Assembly: GCA_964528035.1 (NCBI GenBank) | Contig: CAZGQY010000002.1 | Coordinates: 4,531-68,530, forward strand | Source of the DNA: an uncultured Methylococcaceae bacterium | Lineage (GTDB): Bacteria; Pseudomonadota; Gammaproteobacteria; Methylococcales; UBA1147 | Reading direction: 5' to 3' | DNA length: 64,000 nucleotides | In this document: piece after piece, positions 1-9,748 of the stretch | Layout: every line of letters starts with the position of its first letter | How positions within the stretch are numbered: position 1 is the first letter of the stretch | Made by a program: the position numbers and the translations under genes | The notes under the pieces: model-generated | What the model was told of the DNA's origin: nothing | Database searches by the model: none | The model's input: only the letters and a program-made list of their open reading frames with translations

Positions 1-1
1 A

Positions 2-2302
2 GAAGGAGAGGTTGCCGGCGGTGTTGTGATCATGCGCTTTGGTGAAAATGCCCAGGCGACCATTCGCGGTGTCCGGGCAAAACTCAGAGAACTCGAAAGC
101 GGACTGCCCGAAGGCGTTGAAATTATCCCGGTCTACGACCGCGGTGATCTCATCGAACGCGCCGTGGATACCCTAAACGACGCATTGACTGCGGAACTCA
201 ATATTGTCAGTGTGATCGTCGCATTGTTTTTGCTGCATCTCCGCTCGTCTCTGGTAATTATTATCACTTTACCGCTGGGCGTCCTGATGGCGTTTATCGT
301 CATGAAATGGCAAGGCCTGAATGCCAATATTATGTCGCTCGGCGGCATCGCCATTGCGATTGGTGACATGGTGGATGGCGCCATAGTGATGGTTGAAAAT
401 GCCCACAAACACCTCGCCGAAGACGCTGCTAACAAAAAGACTGAATTGACTGAAGGTGAACGCTGGCAAGCGATCGGCAGAGCTTCACGGGAAGTTGGTT
501 CCCCGTTGTTTTTCTCGTTGCTGATTATCACCGTATCCTTTATCCCAATCTTCACAATGGAGGCACAGGAAGGCCGCCTGTTCAGCCCGCTGGCTTTTAC
601 CAAATCCTACGCCATGGCTGCGGCAGCTATATTGACGGTCACGGTGGTACCGGTGTTGATGGGCTATTTCATTCGCGGCAAGATTATCCCCGAACAAAAA
701 AACCCCACCAACCGTTTTTTACACTATATCCATTCGCCGGTTCTGAAATTGGCGATGCGTTGGCGTAAGGTGACTTTACTACTTGCGATTTCGGTCATGG
801 TAACGACTCTTTACCCCTTGTCCAGGATAGGCAGCGAGTTTATGCCTCCCTTGGATGAAGGCGATATTCTCTATATGCCAACGGTGTTTCCGGGTATCTC
901 CATTACCAAGGCCAAAGAATTGCTGCAACAGACCGACAAAATTCTAAAGACCTTTCCGGAAGTCCATCATGTGTTTGGCAAAGTGGGGCGAGCCGAAACG
1001 GCTACCGATCCGGCGCCGTTGTCAATGATGGAAACGACGGTACGGCTCAAGCCCAAGAAGGTATGGCCTGATCCGGACAAAACCACCCAGGAGTTGATGG
1101 CTGAAATGGATAAGGCTATCCGCTTTCCCGGTTTGGCCAATGCCTGGACCATGCCGATCAAAACACGTATCGACATGCTTTCAACCGGTATTAAAACACC
1201 CATTGGGATCAAGGTTTCCGGACCTGATCTTGTGGTATTGCAGAGAATTTCAGAGGATATTGAACAGGCCATGAAGACCATACCGGAAACCTTATCGGCG
1301 TTCGGTGACCGGGCGGTCGGGGGCTACTATCTCGATTTTGACATCAACCGTGATGAGGCAGCCCGTTACGGGTTAACTATTGGTGATGTTCAGGATGTGA
1401 TACAAAGCGCTATTGGTGGAATGAATGTCACCGAAACGGTGGAGGGACTGGAGCGTTATCCGGTCAATCTTCGCTATCCTCGCGAGCTTCGTGATAATCT
1501 GGAATCGCTTCGTCGGGTCTTGATTCCCACCCCTACTGGTGCACAGATCCCACTGGTACAAGTGGCGGATCTGCAACTGCGCCGGGGACCGCCGTCCATC
1601 AAGAGCGAAGACGCCCGCCCCAATGCGTGGATCTATGTCGATATTACCACCTCCGACATCGGCGGTTATGTCGCCAAGGCGAAAAAAACCCTGGTAGATC
1701 GCGTTTCTATTCCGTCGGGCTATACCGTCACCTGGTCTGGCCAGTTCGAGTATATGGAGCGTGCGGCGCAGGGATTGCGCATTGTGGTTCCGATCACTCT
1801 ATTGCTGATTTTTCTGCTGCTTTATTTCACTTTCCGCAATATTGTCGAGCCGTTCATTGTCCTGCTGACGATTCCTTTTGGGCTCGTCGGCGGAATCTGG
1901 CTGGTTTATTGGTACGGATTCAATCTTTCGGTTGCCGTCTATGTCGGATTTATCGCGCTTGCCGGCACGGCGGCCGAAACTGGCGTCATGGTACTGAATT
2001 TTATCGATTTGGAAATCGCCAAAGTTCGGAAACTGAAGCATGGGCCATTGACTTCTCTGGAAATCAGGAATGCGGTTGAAGCTGCAACCGCTTTGCGCGT
2101 ACGCCCAGTGGCCATCACGGCTATTTCCACTATGGTGGGCTTGATCCCTATTATGTGGGCCACCGGTACCGGCGCCGATGTTACCCAACGCATTGCCGCA
2201 CCGGTAATGGGTGGAATGCTGACAGTGCTGATGCTGAGTCTGCTGGTATTTCCGGTCATCTACAGCTTTGCGCTCCAATTTCTGGAAAGGCGGCGGACGT
2301 GA
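2..2302 (+). CDS. cusA: CusA/SilA-type heavy-metal RND efflux transporter, 5'-truncated by window edge
   Basis: Frame is open from base 2 (EGEVAGGVVIMR...). RND motifs GIAIAIGDMVDGAIVMVEN, EFMPPLDEGDILYMPT and RIDMLSTGIKTPIGIKV; collinear with the CusA at 24023. Confidence 0.93.
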   Translation, partial: EGEVAGGVVIMRFGENAQATIRGVRAKLRELESGLPEGVEIIPVYDRGDLIERAVDTLNDALTAELNIVSVIVALFLLHLRSSLVIIITLPLGVLMAFIVMKWQGLNANIMSLGGIAIAIGDMVDGAIVMVENAHKHLAEDAANKKTELTEGERWQAIGRASREVGSPLFFSLLIITVSFIPIFTMEAQEGRLFSPLAFTKSYAMAAAAILTVTVVPVLMGYFIRGKIIPEQKNPTNRFLHYIHSPVLKLAMRWRKVTLLLAISVMVTTLYPLSRIGSEFMPPLDEGDILYMPTVFPGISITKAKELLQQTDKILKTFPEVHHVFGKVGRAETATDPAPLSMMETTVRLKPKKVWPDPDKTTQELMAEMDKAIRFPGLANAWTMPIKTRIDMLSTGIKTPIGIKVSGPDLVVLQRISEDIEQAMKTIPETLSAFGDRAVGGYYLDFDINRDEAARYGLTIGDVQDVIQSAIGGMNVTETVEGLERYPVNLRYPRELRDNLESLRRVLIPTPTGAQIPLVQVADLQLRRGPPSIKSEDARPNAWIYVDITTSDIGGYVAKAKKTLVDRVSIPSGYTVTWSGQFEYMERAAQGLRIVVPITLLLIFLLLYFTFRNIVEPFIVLLTIPFGLVGGIWLVYWYGFNLSVAVYVGFIALAGTAAETGVMVLNFIDLEIAKVRKLKHGPLTSLEIRNAVEAATALRVRPVAITAISTMVGLIPIMWATGTGADVTQRIAAPVMGGMLTVLMLSLLVFPVIYSFALQFLERRRT

Positions 2303-2666
2303 GAGTGTAACAATGAACAATAGTCTTTCTGGTTGCCTAACCTTTAGAAGTTCAATCAGAGGAAAATTTTAGAGATTAATATACTATGCACAACGAAAAC
2401 TTACATCTTTGGACCCATTCTCATTCGCGCTGAATCAATACAAGACAAACCCTCTTTTTCTGTAATCAAAGATTTCACTTAAATCGTGTTGGTCGGTAAG
2501 GTGACCTCTCGATTGGAACGTCTTATGTCTGTTTTTCAAGGCAAACTACCGCAATTTTTCAGCCCGGGCAGGGAGTGTGCCGGATGAATTCAATCTGGGG
2601 ATAGGATTTGCCTTCTGATTCACCATTATAAGCGGTAATCTATTTTGTTATATTTAGCCTTCTATG

Positions 2667-2690
2667 AAAAAGCCGGTTTTAAAAACCGGC
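2667..2690 (-). terminator. Intrinsic terminator-like hairpin
   Basis: Perfect 9-bp inverted repeat GCCGGTTTT-A-AAAACCGGC (2672-2690), followed on the minus strand by a T5 run. Confidence 0.45.
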
Positions 2691-2855
2691 CTCACCATCC
2701 CTTTATTTGTGGTTTTGTATGCTCTCATTCGCGATCCTTTCCTACGAAACCGCAGTGAACAATGCGGGATGAGTTTCGACGAGATTATGCAGACGGTTGT
2801 AGATTTAAGTAACCCTGCTCAACTTGTCGAGCCCTTTAGTCGAGCAATGTTTGCA

Positions 2856-3136
2856 TCATTCGCTGCCAGCCAGGAAAAGTGAATACGAAGGCTGGTAGTC
2901 CCCGGGAGGCGTAGGTCATGTTGGATACCCGTCGTGCGGAGCGCCAGAGGGGATCCGAAATTACATCCGAAACGCCGTTCCGCCATTTGAGGCAGTCCTG
3001 GCGTAACGTTTATGAAGTACTATGTGGAGCCGTGACGAACGCAGGGCAGCCGGGGCTCAATGGTTGTCGCGTAGGCGAGTCGATTCTGGTTGACTCGGAT
3101 GTCCCGCAATCTTTCACGAGGTAGCGACTCACTTAT
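2856..3136 (+). repeat. ~280-bp dispersed element, copy A (putative structured ncRNA or IS110-type non-coding end)
   Basis: 2861-3136 matches 10318-10593 with 6 substitutions in 276 bp, and is homologous in blocks to the reverse complement of 6678-6970. Confidence 0.9.
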
Positions 3137-3164
3137 CCGAGGGTCGCGGTACAGGATGATTTAA

Positions 3165-3485
3165 ATGAAACTAAAGCGACTATACATCTTAGCTATTATG
3201 TTTTTAACCTTAGGCTCTTGCTCAATTCTCGCCGCTCCAAGTTGGTCGCCTTATGCCAATGTTGCTGAGATTAGAATATCTAAGGGCAATCTGTATGTGC
3301 AACTATCGGGCAATATACTCAACACCTGCGCCAACTTTGCAGTAGTCAATATTAGCTCGGAAGGAGCTCCTCAAATGTTCGCCATGGTGATGGCTTCCTT
3401 TACGAGCGGCAAACAGATTGGCTTATACCTCTCTGATAGATGCGATCCAACCTATTACTCCTTGCTTGGAACGAGAATCAGGTAG
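3165..3485 (+). CDS. Small secreted protein, two Cys, paralogue of next gene
   Basis: N-terminal signal peptide (LYILAIMFLTLGSCSILA). Shares the SW.PY...IS.G.LY...C...K.I.L...C...G.RI pattern with 3492-3905. Confidence 0.75.
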   Translation: MKLKRLYILAIMFLTLGSCSILAAPSWSPYANVAEIRISKGNLYVQLSGNILNTCANFAVVNISSEGAPQMFAMVMASFTSGKQIGLYLSDRCDPTYYSLLGTRIR

Positions 3486-3491
3486 GTAATA

Positions 3492-3905
3492 ATGAAGTCG
3501 CAGTGTGGATCGATGGTAGCTCGTTGGGCTTATATTGTATTGACGGTTCTTTCCCTGCATCTCGTCACACGATCTGCGCTTGCAGAAAAGACGATCGAGC
3601 AACCGACTTCAGTATCAGCACCAGCCCAAACCACTAAAGATGCGACCGAAAGCTGGGGTCCATACGAACATTTGAGCGTCGTTGAAATATCCAATGGCCA
3701 CTTATATTTGAAATCACCTTCTTATACTGTTTGTAGCGCCGGAGGCTTTCTGGCACTAGACATGACTTCAGGCACGGAATGGATAGAGTATTACACTGCG
3801 GCTATGATGGCCAACGCCAAAAACAAGAGAGTTAGCCTGCGTATTAATAGCTGCAATAATTCGACCTACGTGCCAGCGATTGGTATTCGTTTGAACGGGC
3901 AGTGA
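3492..3905 (+). CDS. Small secreted protein, paralogue of previous gene (likely start ATG 3513)
   Basis: Signal peptide MVARWAYIVLTVLSLHLVTRSALA. Stop overlaps the next start (GTGATG). Confidence 0.75.
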   Translation: MKSQCGSMVARWAYIVLTVLSLHLVTRSALAEKTIEQPTSVSAPAQTTKDATESWGPYEHLSVVEISNGHLYLKSPSYTVCSAGGFLALDMTSGTEWIEYYTAAMMANAKNKRVSLRINSCNNSTYVPAIGIRLNGQ

Positions 3906-5401
3906 TGCAAAAACAAATTCGAGTTACCCTAATATTATTGATTTGCTTAGCCACCTTTGCTGGGACTTTATTTGCGTCAAACGAATATACTGCACTATTT
4001 CAAGATAATTTTGGTCCTATCAAAACCGTTAAGAGAATCACAGTAGATGGCACGCATGCCACCATTACGGACCTAAATGGCAATGAAACATCCGGTGATG
4101 CCTGCCAACTACTTGGTTGCGCTGGTTCTACCCTTATAATCGAAAACTTCAAGATCACAGCCACAGATATAGGCCCTGAAGAAGCTTGCATTCGGCTAAA
4201 AAATAGGTCGAACATCATCGTGCGCCATAACTTTATAGGGCCGTGTTCAGGCACTACGAAATGGATAGAAAGGGCATGGGCAATTTTGGCAACTGGCAAC
4301 GGCAATACGACCTCAATTAGTGTCGAAGAGAACAAATTTAGGGAGATTGAAGCTGGCGTGCGTCTCGATCGTCTAGAAGGCGGTGCATCGATAAGCAAAA
4401 ACACCTTTTATGAGTTAGATACTACGGTCAACCTAAAGACAGGCGTGATCAGCTTAAAAGATGTTAGGGGAGCAGGTAATAGAATTGAATATAACCAGAT
4501 TATCATTAGCACAGAAAACTGTTCGAAAGTAGCCTATGACAACCCAGATTTTGATACCATAAGTGTATACAACAGTCGTGGCACAGCCGCTTCGCCAATC
4601 CAGATCGTTGAAAATCGGGTGCATGGCAGCAGTTGCCCCAGTGCACCACCACCTGGGCGCCTTCGTTCAGGGGCAGGCATCATTGTTGATGGTAAGTGCG
4701 TCGATCTATCAGGGGGCAATGGCGCCTTAGATCCAAATAAGTTATGTTTAGAAAGACCGCAAGACCATTGGAATGGTTACATCCACATTAAAAACAATAC
4801 CTTAGTTAATGCCGGACCGCAACAGACGATCGTTATTAGTGGTGGCCGAAATATAGCCGTCGAAGGTAATCGAATTTATACTAAAAGCACTACCTATTCG
4901 AATCCAATAGTTTATTCTCATTTTCAACCTATAGGCATGTCTGATTATTGGATCACTGTCTAATTTAAAAATGGCGATACTGTCGCTGCGAGCGCAGATG
5001 ATTGTAGTTCGGTTGGTGGCACAACTTGCCCATATATGCGCCAGGGGTCGTGCTATAACGTCACATTTAAGGACAATAAAATACAATTCCTCAGAAATGG
5101 AACTCCCGATCCTTCTGTGTACATCCCGCATGTGAATGAGTGGGATGAAAACTATGTCTATGGTACTAACCCACACATGCCGCCCACCCCACGTAGGCCA
5201 GACGACAAACCACCACCATGCCCAGACGGAAAACTAACGAAACCATGCGAGGGCTATAACACCTGTTGCGCTGGCGAGTTCAAAAACGGATGGTGTGCTG
5301 ATTTTTATGAAGCGCCAAGCAACTACAACCGCAATCCCTTAAAGGGAACGGGCAATGTCTATTCCGACTTTAGTTTAACGTCTGAGATTTTGATCAAATG
5401 A
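3902..5401 (+). pseudogene. Secreted right-handed parallel beta-helix protein interrupted by one in-frame TAA (4961-4963)
   Basis: Signal peptide and beta-helix repeats (NIIVRHNF, SISVEENKF, NRIEYNQI, IHIKNNTL, IAVEGNRI). After the TAA the same frame stays open (FKNGDTVAAS...CPY) and joins ORF 5036-5401, which has another repeat (NVTFKDNKI). Confidence 0.75.
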
Positions 5402-5832
5402 GGAAATAGAGCAATAAAAAAACGGTAGTTTTAGTCCAATCAGAATATAATAATCGACCTGTAAATTGTCAATTTCGGTTGGGACCAATCGGGGGGATAT
5501 TAGGCGAGAATGAACATCCTCCAATAACCGGAAACTGTCCTGAGTTGCTTTTCACCCAAGTACGACACTTAACGCCGTATGTATTTGATAATAAAAGACC
5601 TGTGGTGAGGAAATGGCATTACACGGCGTCGATCGCGGGTTTTGTTCCTCCTAAATGCTTGAATAAATCGAGCTGTTCAGCATATAGATAATCGTAAAAA
5701 TACTGCGATAATTGATCAGGGAATTTGAGGGTTGAAGACTATTTAAATTTGTATATTATCCGTGAACGGGAAGATATCCCTTTCAGACCTACAAAGATCA
5801 AATCTTAACTTTGTGATTGCGATCATGTTTTT

Positions 5833-5870
5833 GGACAAGATGTCCGAATCCGAATAATGACTTGTTAGGC
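5833..5870 (+). other. Right arm of an attC-like site
   Basis: ...TAATGACTTGTTAGGC with core GTTAGGC at 5864-5870, 7 nt before the ATG at 5877. Resembles the right arm at 7977-7993. No clean left arm found. Confidence 0.45.
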
Positions 5871-5876
5871 GTACAA

Positions 5877-6575
5877 ATGAAACTTTACAAATTTAGGTCA
5901 TTCACTCCATTCGAGTACTTGGCCGATATTTTCGTTCACGGTCGGCTATTTTGCTCTCCGTATCAAAATCTCAATGATCCGTTTGAAGGTGTCTTCATCG
6001 CTTTGATTCCTACGGACTTCGGTCGTGGATTTGGACTAAATTTCGGAATGGGAGGCACTGCTGAATTGTTGAGGACTGTCGATGACATTGACGGAGATGC
6101 CATTGCCAACAAACGAGTATGCAGTCTTTCAAAATCGTGGACTGATGTTCGCATGTGGTCACATTATGCCGATGGTCATAGAGGAGTGGCCATTGAGATC
6201 GATTTCAATGGGCTAGAAGACGAAGTTCGTGAGGTGCAGTACATCGACTCCATCGAAAAGTTTGCGTCAGGTATACTTGCCGAAAGCCCAGATGCCGGTG
6301 CATTGTTGTGTAGAAAGACATTCCATTGGGATTACGAGCAGGAATTTCGGATCCTCGGTAGCGGAGAATATTTTCAGATTGAAGGCCGTATTGGGAAAGT
6401 CTATGTAGGATCGCGGATGCCGGCCAACCACAAGAACCTCTTGCGACAACTCCTACCTTTGGGCACTCGACTGGTGGATACAGAGTTGGAGAAAAATGAC
6501 ATTACCGTTCGTGAGACTCACAGTAGAGCTCTCGATCAAGGCGAGAGTGTTGCAAACAAAGGCAATCGGCGGTGA
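5877..6575 (+). CDS. DUF2971-family protein (cassette-like ORF)
   Basis: Motifs LYKFRS, LNDPFEG, VCSLS, MWSHYADGHRGVAIEIDF and K..HWDYEQEFR. ATG 5877 is in frame with the track ORF. Confidence 0.85.
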   Translation: MKLYKFRSFTPFEYLADIFVHGRLFCSPYQNLNDPFEGVFIALIPTDFGRGFGLNFGMGGTAELLRTVDDIDGDAIANKRVCSLSKSWTDVRMWSHYADGHRGVAIEIDFNGLEDEVREVQYIDSIEKFASGILAESPDAGALLCRKTFHWDYEQEFRILGSGEYFQIEGRIGKVYVGSRMPANHKNLLRQLLPLGTRLVDTELEKNDITVRETHSRALDQGESVANKGNRR

Positions 6576-6677
6576 TTGTGCCGTTCACAATATTACACAG
6601 GCGCTTGCCTGTGCCTAAATCAAGTACTGACTTGTTTACGCTGTAAAGCGCGAATGCTCCAGGACGTTATCCCGGTT

Positions 6678-6970
6678 ATAAGCGAGTCGCTACCTCGTGA
6701 TAGATTTCGGGACATCCGAGTCAACCAAAATCGACTCGTCTACGCGACAACCATTATTGCCCCGACCGTCCTGCGTCCGCGCCGCTTCGCCACACCATTG
6801 CAAGCTCGGCGCAGGCTACACAACACTCCCTCAAATGACTGGACACGATTATTCGGATGCCTACTTTGTTTTCCCTCTGGCGCGATTCGCACGCCGGAAA
6901 AACAGTGCGGCCTGATCGTTATCGGGGACTCATCGCCTTCGTTTTACTCTCCATGGCGTTCAGCGAATGA
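6678..6970 (-). repeat. ~290-bp dispersed element, copy B (diverged, inverted)
   Basis: Reverse complement shares ordered blocks with copy A (TCATTCGCTG, ACGAAGGC, AGTCCCC, GCGCCAGAGGG, CATCCGAA, CATTTGAGG) and a near-identical 3' ~75 nt ending GAGGTAGCGACTCGCTTAT. Confidence 0.85.
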
Positions 6971-7031
6971 AGTTTCAACTACCGGATTGCGCCGGTCGCG
7001 AGTCTATCGCGTGACCGTCCGCAGATAGTCC

Positions 7032-7060
7032 ATTACTGACCATTCCAAATGGTCAATAAT
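7032..7060. promoter_or_regulatory. 13-bp inverted repeat upstream of the recombinase (candidate binding or recombination site)
   Basis: ATTACTGACCATT-CCA-AATGGTCAATAAT, one mismatch, 31 nt before the ATG. Confidence 0.6.
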
Positions 7061-7091
7061 TTGGTTCCTTTTTACAGAAGAGGAACTAATC

Positions 7092-7718
7092 ATGGATCAA
7101 TCTACCAACTCAAATAGTGAAAAAGAACCCTGGAATAAAGGCAAACTGGTGGGTCAAAAACCACCGCTAAATCTCAAAGAAATCTGGGCCATCCGGATCC
7201 GGTTGCAACTCGCAAATCGAATTCGTGACCTAGCCCTGTTCAATTTAGCCATCGATAGTAAATTGCGTGCCTGCGATCTGGTGAAGTTGAAAGTCCGAGA
7301 TGTATCTCATGGAGATCGAATTGCAAAAAGGACGATGGTGTTGCAACAAAAAACCAAACAGCCCGTCCAGTTCGAAATCATGCAACAAACGAGAGAAGCC
7401 ATTTTTCTGTGGATCAATCATGTCAATCTAAAACAAAATGACTACCTCTTTCCAAGCCGAATCAAAAATTCTCCCCATTTGTCGACGCGACAATATGCCA
7501 GGATTGTGGAATCATGGGTTGTATCCATAGGCCTTGATCCAGCAGCTTATGGGACACATTCACTTCGTCGAACTAAAGCGTCTTTGATATACCGACGGAC
7601 CAAGAATTTAAGGGCCGTGCAGTTGCTCTTAGGGCATACGAAATTGGAAAGTACCGTTCGCTACCTAGGGATTGAAGTTGATGATGCATTGGAGATGGCG
7701 GAACAAACCGAAGTTTAA
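7092..7718 (+). CDS. Small tyrosine recombinase/integrase (PWNKGKLVGQKPPL family), intact catalytic residues
   Basis: DSKLRACDL (R), QKT (K), GTHSLRRT (HxxR), LLGHTKLESTVRYLG (H, Y). 208 aa. RBS GAGGA. No IntI-type insertion domain. Confidence 0.93.
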   Translation: MDQSTNSNSEKEPWNKGKLVGQKPPLNLKEIWAIRIRLQLANRIRDLALFNLAIDSKLRACDLVKLKVRDVSHGDRIAKRTMVLQQKTKQPVQFEIMQQTREAIFLWINHVNLKQNDYLFPSRIKNSPHLSTRQYARIVESWVVSIGLDPAAYGTHSLRRTKASLIYRRTKNLRAVQLLLGHTKLESTVRYLGIEVDDALEMAEQTEV

Positions 7719-7735
7719 TAGCGGATTTTTATCGG

Positions 7736-7779
7736 AAGCGGCTGTTTTTAACAGTCGCTTTGTGCTCAGGAGCTGACGT
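7736..7779 (+). other. Hairpin plus palindromic site just downstream of the recombinase
   Basis: AAGCGGCTGTT-TTT-AACAGTCGCTT overlaps GTCGCTTTGTGCTCAGGAGCTGACGT; related motifs recur at 9936 and 10000. Confidence 0.55.
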
Positions 7780-7845
7780 ACGTGAAATTTTTCGCTTGCC
7801 CCAAGCTAAAAGTCAATAAGCGCCTTCAAGGTTTCTGTTAGAAAC

Positions 7846-7993
7846 TACTAACAACGTCATAATCTACGGAATTGGATATCATGTTGTTTTAGGATGATAT
7901 ACAGTTAAGCAATTGGACCGAATTCACAAAATCGTTGTCTTGGAAACGAAAAATTGGGAAGATATGTGGAAACTTTATAATTGCTTGTTAGCT
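7846..7993 (+). other. Candidate long attC site
   Basis: CTAACAA at 7848-7854 pairs with TTGTTAG at 7985-7991. Partial inner symmetry (CATAA/TTATAA, GATATC/GATATG). Precedes the ORF at 8025. Confidence 0.45.
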
Positions 7994-8024
7994 GCGTTTG
8001 GAGCATGGAGCTAGATTAATAACG

Positions 8025-8783
8025 ATGCTATATAAATTTACTCCCACCCTAGATATCGCTGAAAAAGTCTCTACTGGAATATTCCGCTTCTATGAATTAA
8101 CCAAGTATATAAAAATGGAAGATGAAGTGGGACGATCAGATCCAGAAGAGTGCTCGGTTAGTTTTCCTACTAAAGAATATGAAGAATTCCCAGACAAGCT
8201 ACCTATAGGTAGCTTCAGAGGCATTGAATTCAAATGTATTAGCACTGGAAATAACGAGGAACATATTAGGCAATATTTTGTGTTTTGCATGAGCACAGAA
8301 ATGGATAAAAAAGCAATTGGTGACTCTAGATATATTGTTGAACTTTATCGAGATAACTTTGATTTATTTATGCAGCTCCTAAACGAACCATTTGATGATT
8401 CTGCAAATCCCGAAGGTCACCAGTTCTTTAGTCATGGTGAGGTGAAGTACTACAACATACATAACCACCCTAAACCGTTTATAGGAAATAGGTGGCGTGA
8501 GGTGTTTGTAAAACACTCTGATTTTAATTATCAAAATGAATATCGGGCAGCCTTTTTTGCTTCAGATCACTTCTTTGATAGAATTTCAGGTAACCCCATG
8601 GTGATCGAGAAAAAAATATTCGATCAAAATAAGGAGCCAATGAGTTTTAATTTGGAGCTGTATGTTCAGTCAGGTATCGATGATGAGGGTTGGCGCTATA
8701 TTGAACTTGATATTTCAGGGTTCGCTGCCAATATAAGCCCTGAACAAAGTAACATTACAGAGCTTGTTGCTGAGATAACTTGA
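8025..8783 (+). CDS. Hypothetical cassette protein, distantly DUF2971-like
   Basis: MLYKF start, FVFCMS and VKHSDFNYQNEYR echo the DUF2971 motif order. Followed by a clear attC. Confidence 0.7.
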   Translation: MLYKFTPTLDIAEKVSTGIFRFYELTKYIKMEDEVGRSDPEECSVSFPTKEYEEFPDKLPIGSFRGIEFKCISTGNNEEHIRQYFVFCMSTEMDKKAIGDSRYIVELYRDNFDLFMQLLNEPFDDSANPEGHQFFSHGEVKYYNIHNHPKPFIGNRWREVFVKHSDFNYQNEYRAAFFASDHFFDRISGNPMVIEKKIFDQNKEPMSFNLELYVQSGIDDEGWRYIELDISGFAANISPEQSNITELVAEIT

Positions 8784-8796
8784 ACATTCAAGCAGC

Positions 8797-8862
8797 AGCT
8801 AACAAGGCCAGCCAGAGGGGCTTTCGCACTACGTACTCCCGCCCCTGCTGGCGGCGTTAGAG
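8797..8862 (+). other. Integron attC site (59-be type)
   Basis: Inverse core AGCTAAC and core GTTAGAG. Left arm GCCAGC[C]AG[A]GGGGC vs right arm GCCCCTGCTGGC gives two unpaired bases (G and T on the bottom strand), the canonical extrahelical pattern. Next ATG is 5 nt downstream. Confidence 0.85.
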
Positions 8863-8866
8863 CATC

Positions 8867-9748
8867 ATGCTACAGGATGCACCGCAGATAACCGAAGAAG
8901 ATCTTCAGAAATGCAGGGACACTGGCGACTATAGCCCCGTAATGTTCGAATGGTACAAGTTTGTGGCGGGTCTATGTGTCACGTTTTCAAACTTACTCCA
9001 AGAATCGCCCGTGATCCGTAAAGACATCTCAGAAAGAGACTACGGAATACTTATTGGCCTGATTAATCGGGCTTACCGATTAATGCTAACCAACGTGGCC
9101 CTTTCTCACGAAGGGGAATTCGGCGAATCTACAAGTATCCTTGATCGCTGCATATTCGAAAGCTGCGTCATTTTGAGTTGGCTATGTGCCACAAATACCG
9201 AAGATAGATTCGATCGATATGTTGCGTCAGGTCTTAGGACGGAGCTCGAGCTAAAGGACCAAGTTAATCTCGCCCTTGAGAAAAGAGGCGGAGATGTTCT
9301 CTTAATCGAGAAACGAATGTTGGACTCTGTTGCAGACTGTATTGCGGAAGCGGGTTTTGTTGACGATCAGATTCGAGAAATGAAACCGCTTCCTAATCTA
9401 GCAGCGATGCTAGAAGCCCTTGGTTACAAGCGCTTTGCTTATACAGCGGGCCAAAGAATCGGATCGCATCATGTTCATGGTACTTGGGTAGGGTTAAGAA
9501 ACCATTTCATTGAGAAAGAGGAAGATACTGGTCGTTATCGCGCACGACAGAAAAGTTACACTCATATCAACCAATATGTTTACATTACGAGTATTGTATT
9601 AGCTGCACTATCTAAGTTCGTTGATTTCGTATTTGAAGATGCCGATGAGGAAAAGGGCGAGATATTAAATCTATTTGAATCTACGGACGAAAATATACGA
9701 ATGCTAAATATTGAAATCGTTGGTGGGGATTTCGATGCGATTGCCTAA
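8867..9748 (+). CDS. DUF5677-like (HEPN-type) cassette protein
   Basis: ILDRCIFESCVILSWL (R..FE) and GSHHVHGTW motifs. Promoterless start directly after the attC. Confidence 0.7.
   Translation: MLQDAPQITEEDLQKCRDTGDYSPVMFEWYKFVAGLCVTFSNLLQESPVIRKDISERDYGILIGLINRAYRLMLTNVALSHEGEFGESTSILDRCIFESCVILSWLCATNTEDRFDRYVASGLRTELELKDQVNLALEKRGGDVLLIEKRMLDSVADCIAEAGFVDDQIREMKPLPNLAAMLEALGYKRFAYTAGQRIGSHHVHGTWVGLRNHFIEKEEDTGRYRARQKSYTHINQYVYITSIVLAALSKFVDFVFEDADEEKGEILNLFESTDENIRMLNIEIVGGDFDAIA

Noticed and set aside
2540-2580. c-di-GMP-I riboswitch-like GGCAAAC
   Set aside because: The downstream GAAA tetraloop stem and ACGCAAAGC elements are missing.
2664-2882. 72-aa ORF ending inside copy A as a transposase tail
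   Set aside because: No transposase motifs; it starts across a terminator-like hairpin, and sequence upstream of copies B and C is unrelated.
2918-3124. 68-aa ORF duplicated at 10375-10581
   Set aside because: It lies wholly inside the repeat. Copy B does not keep the frame, and A/C differences include amino-acid changes (Q/K, T/R), so it is treated as non-coding.
2856-3136. Group II intron fragment interpretation of the repeat
   Set aside because: No GTGCG 5' end, no convincing domain V (GAGCCG is not followed by the canonical stem and is absent in copy B), and no RT gene.
6576-7028. 150-aa ORF upstream of the recombinase
   Set aside because: It spans repeat copy B and palindromic sites and has no recognisable motifs.
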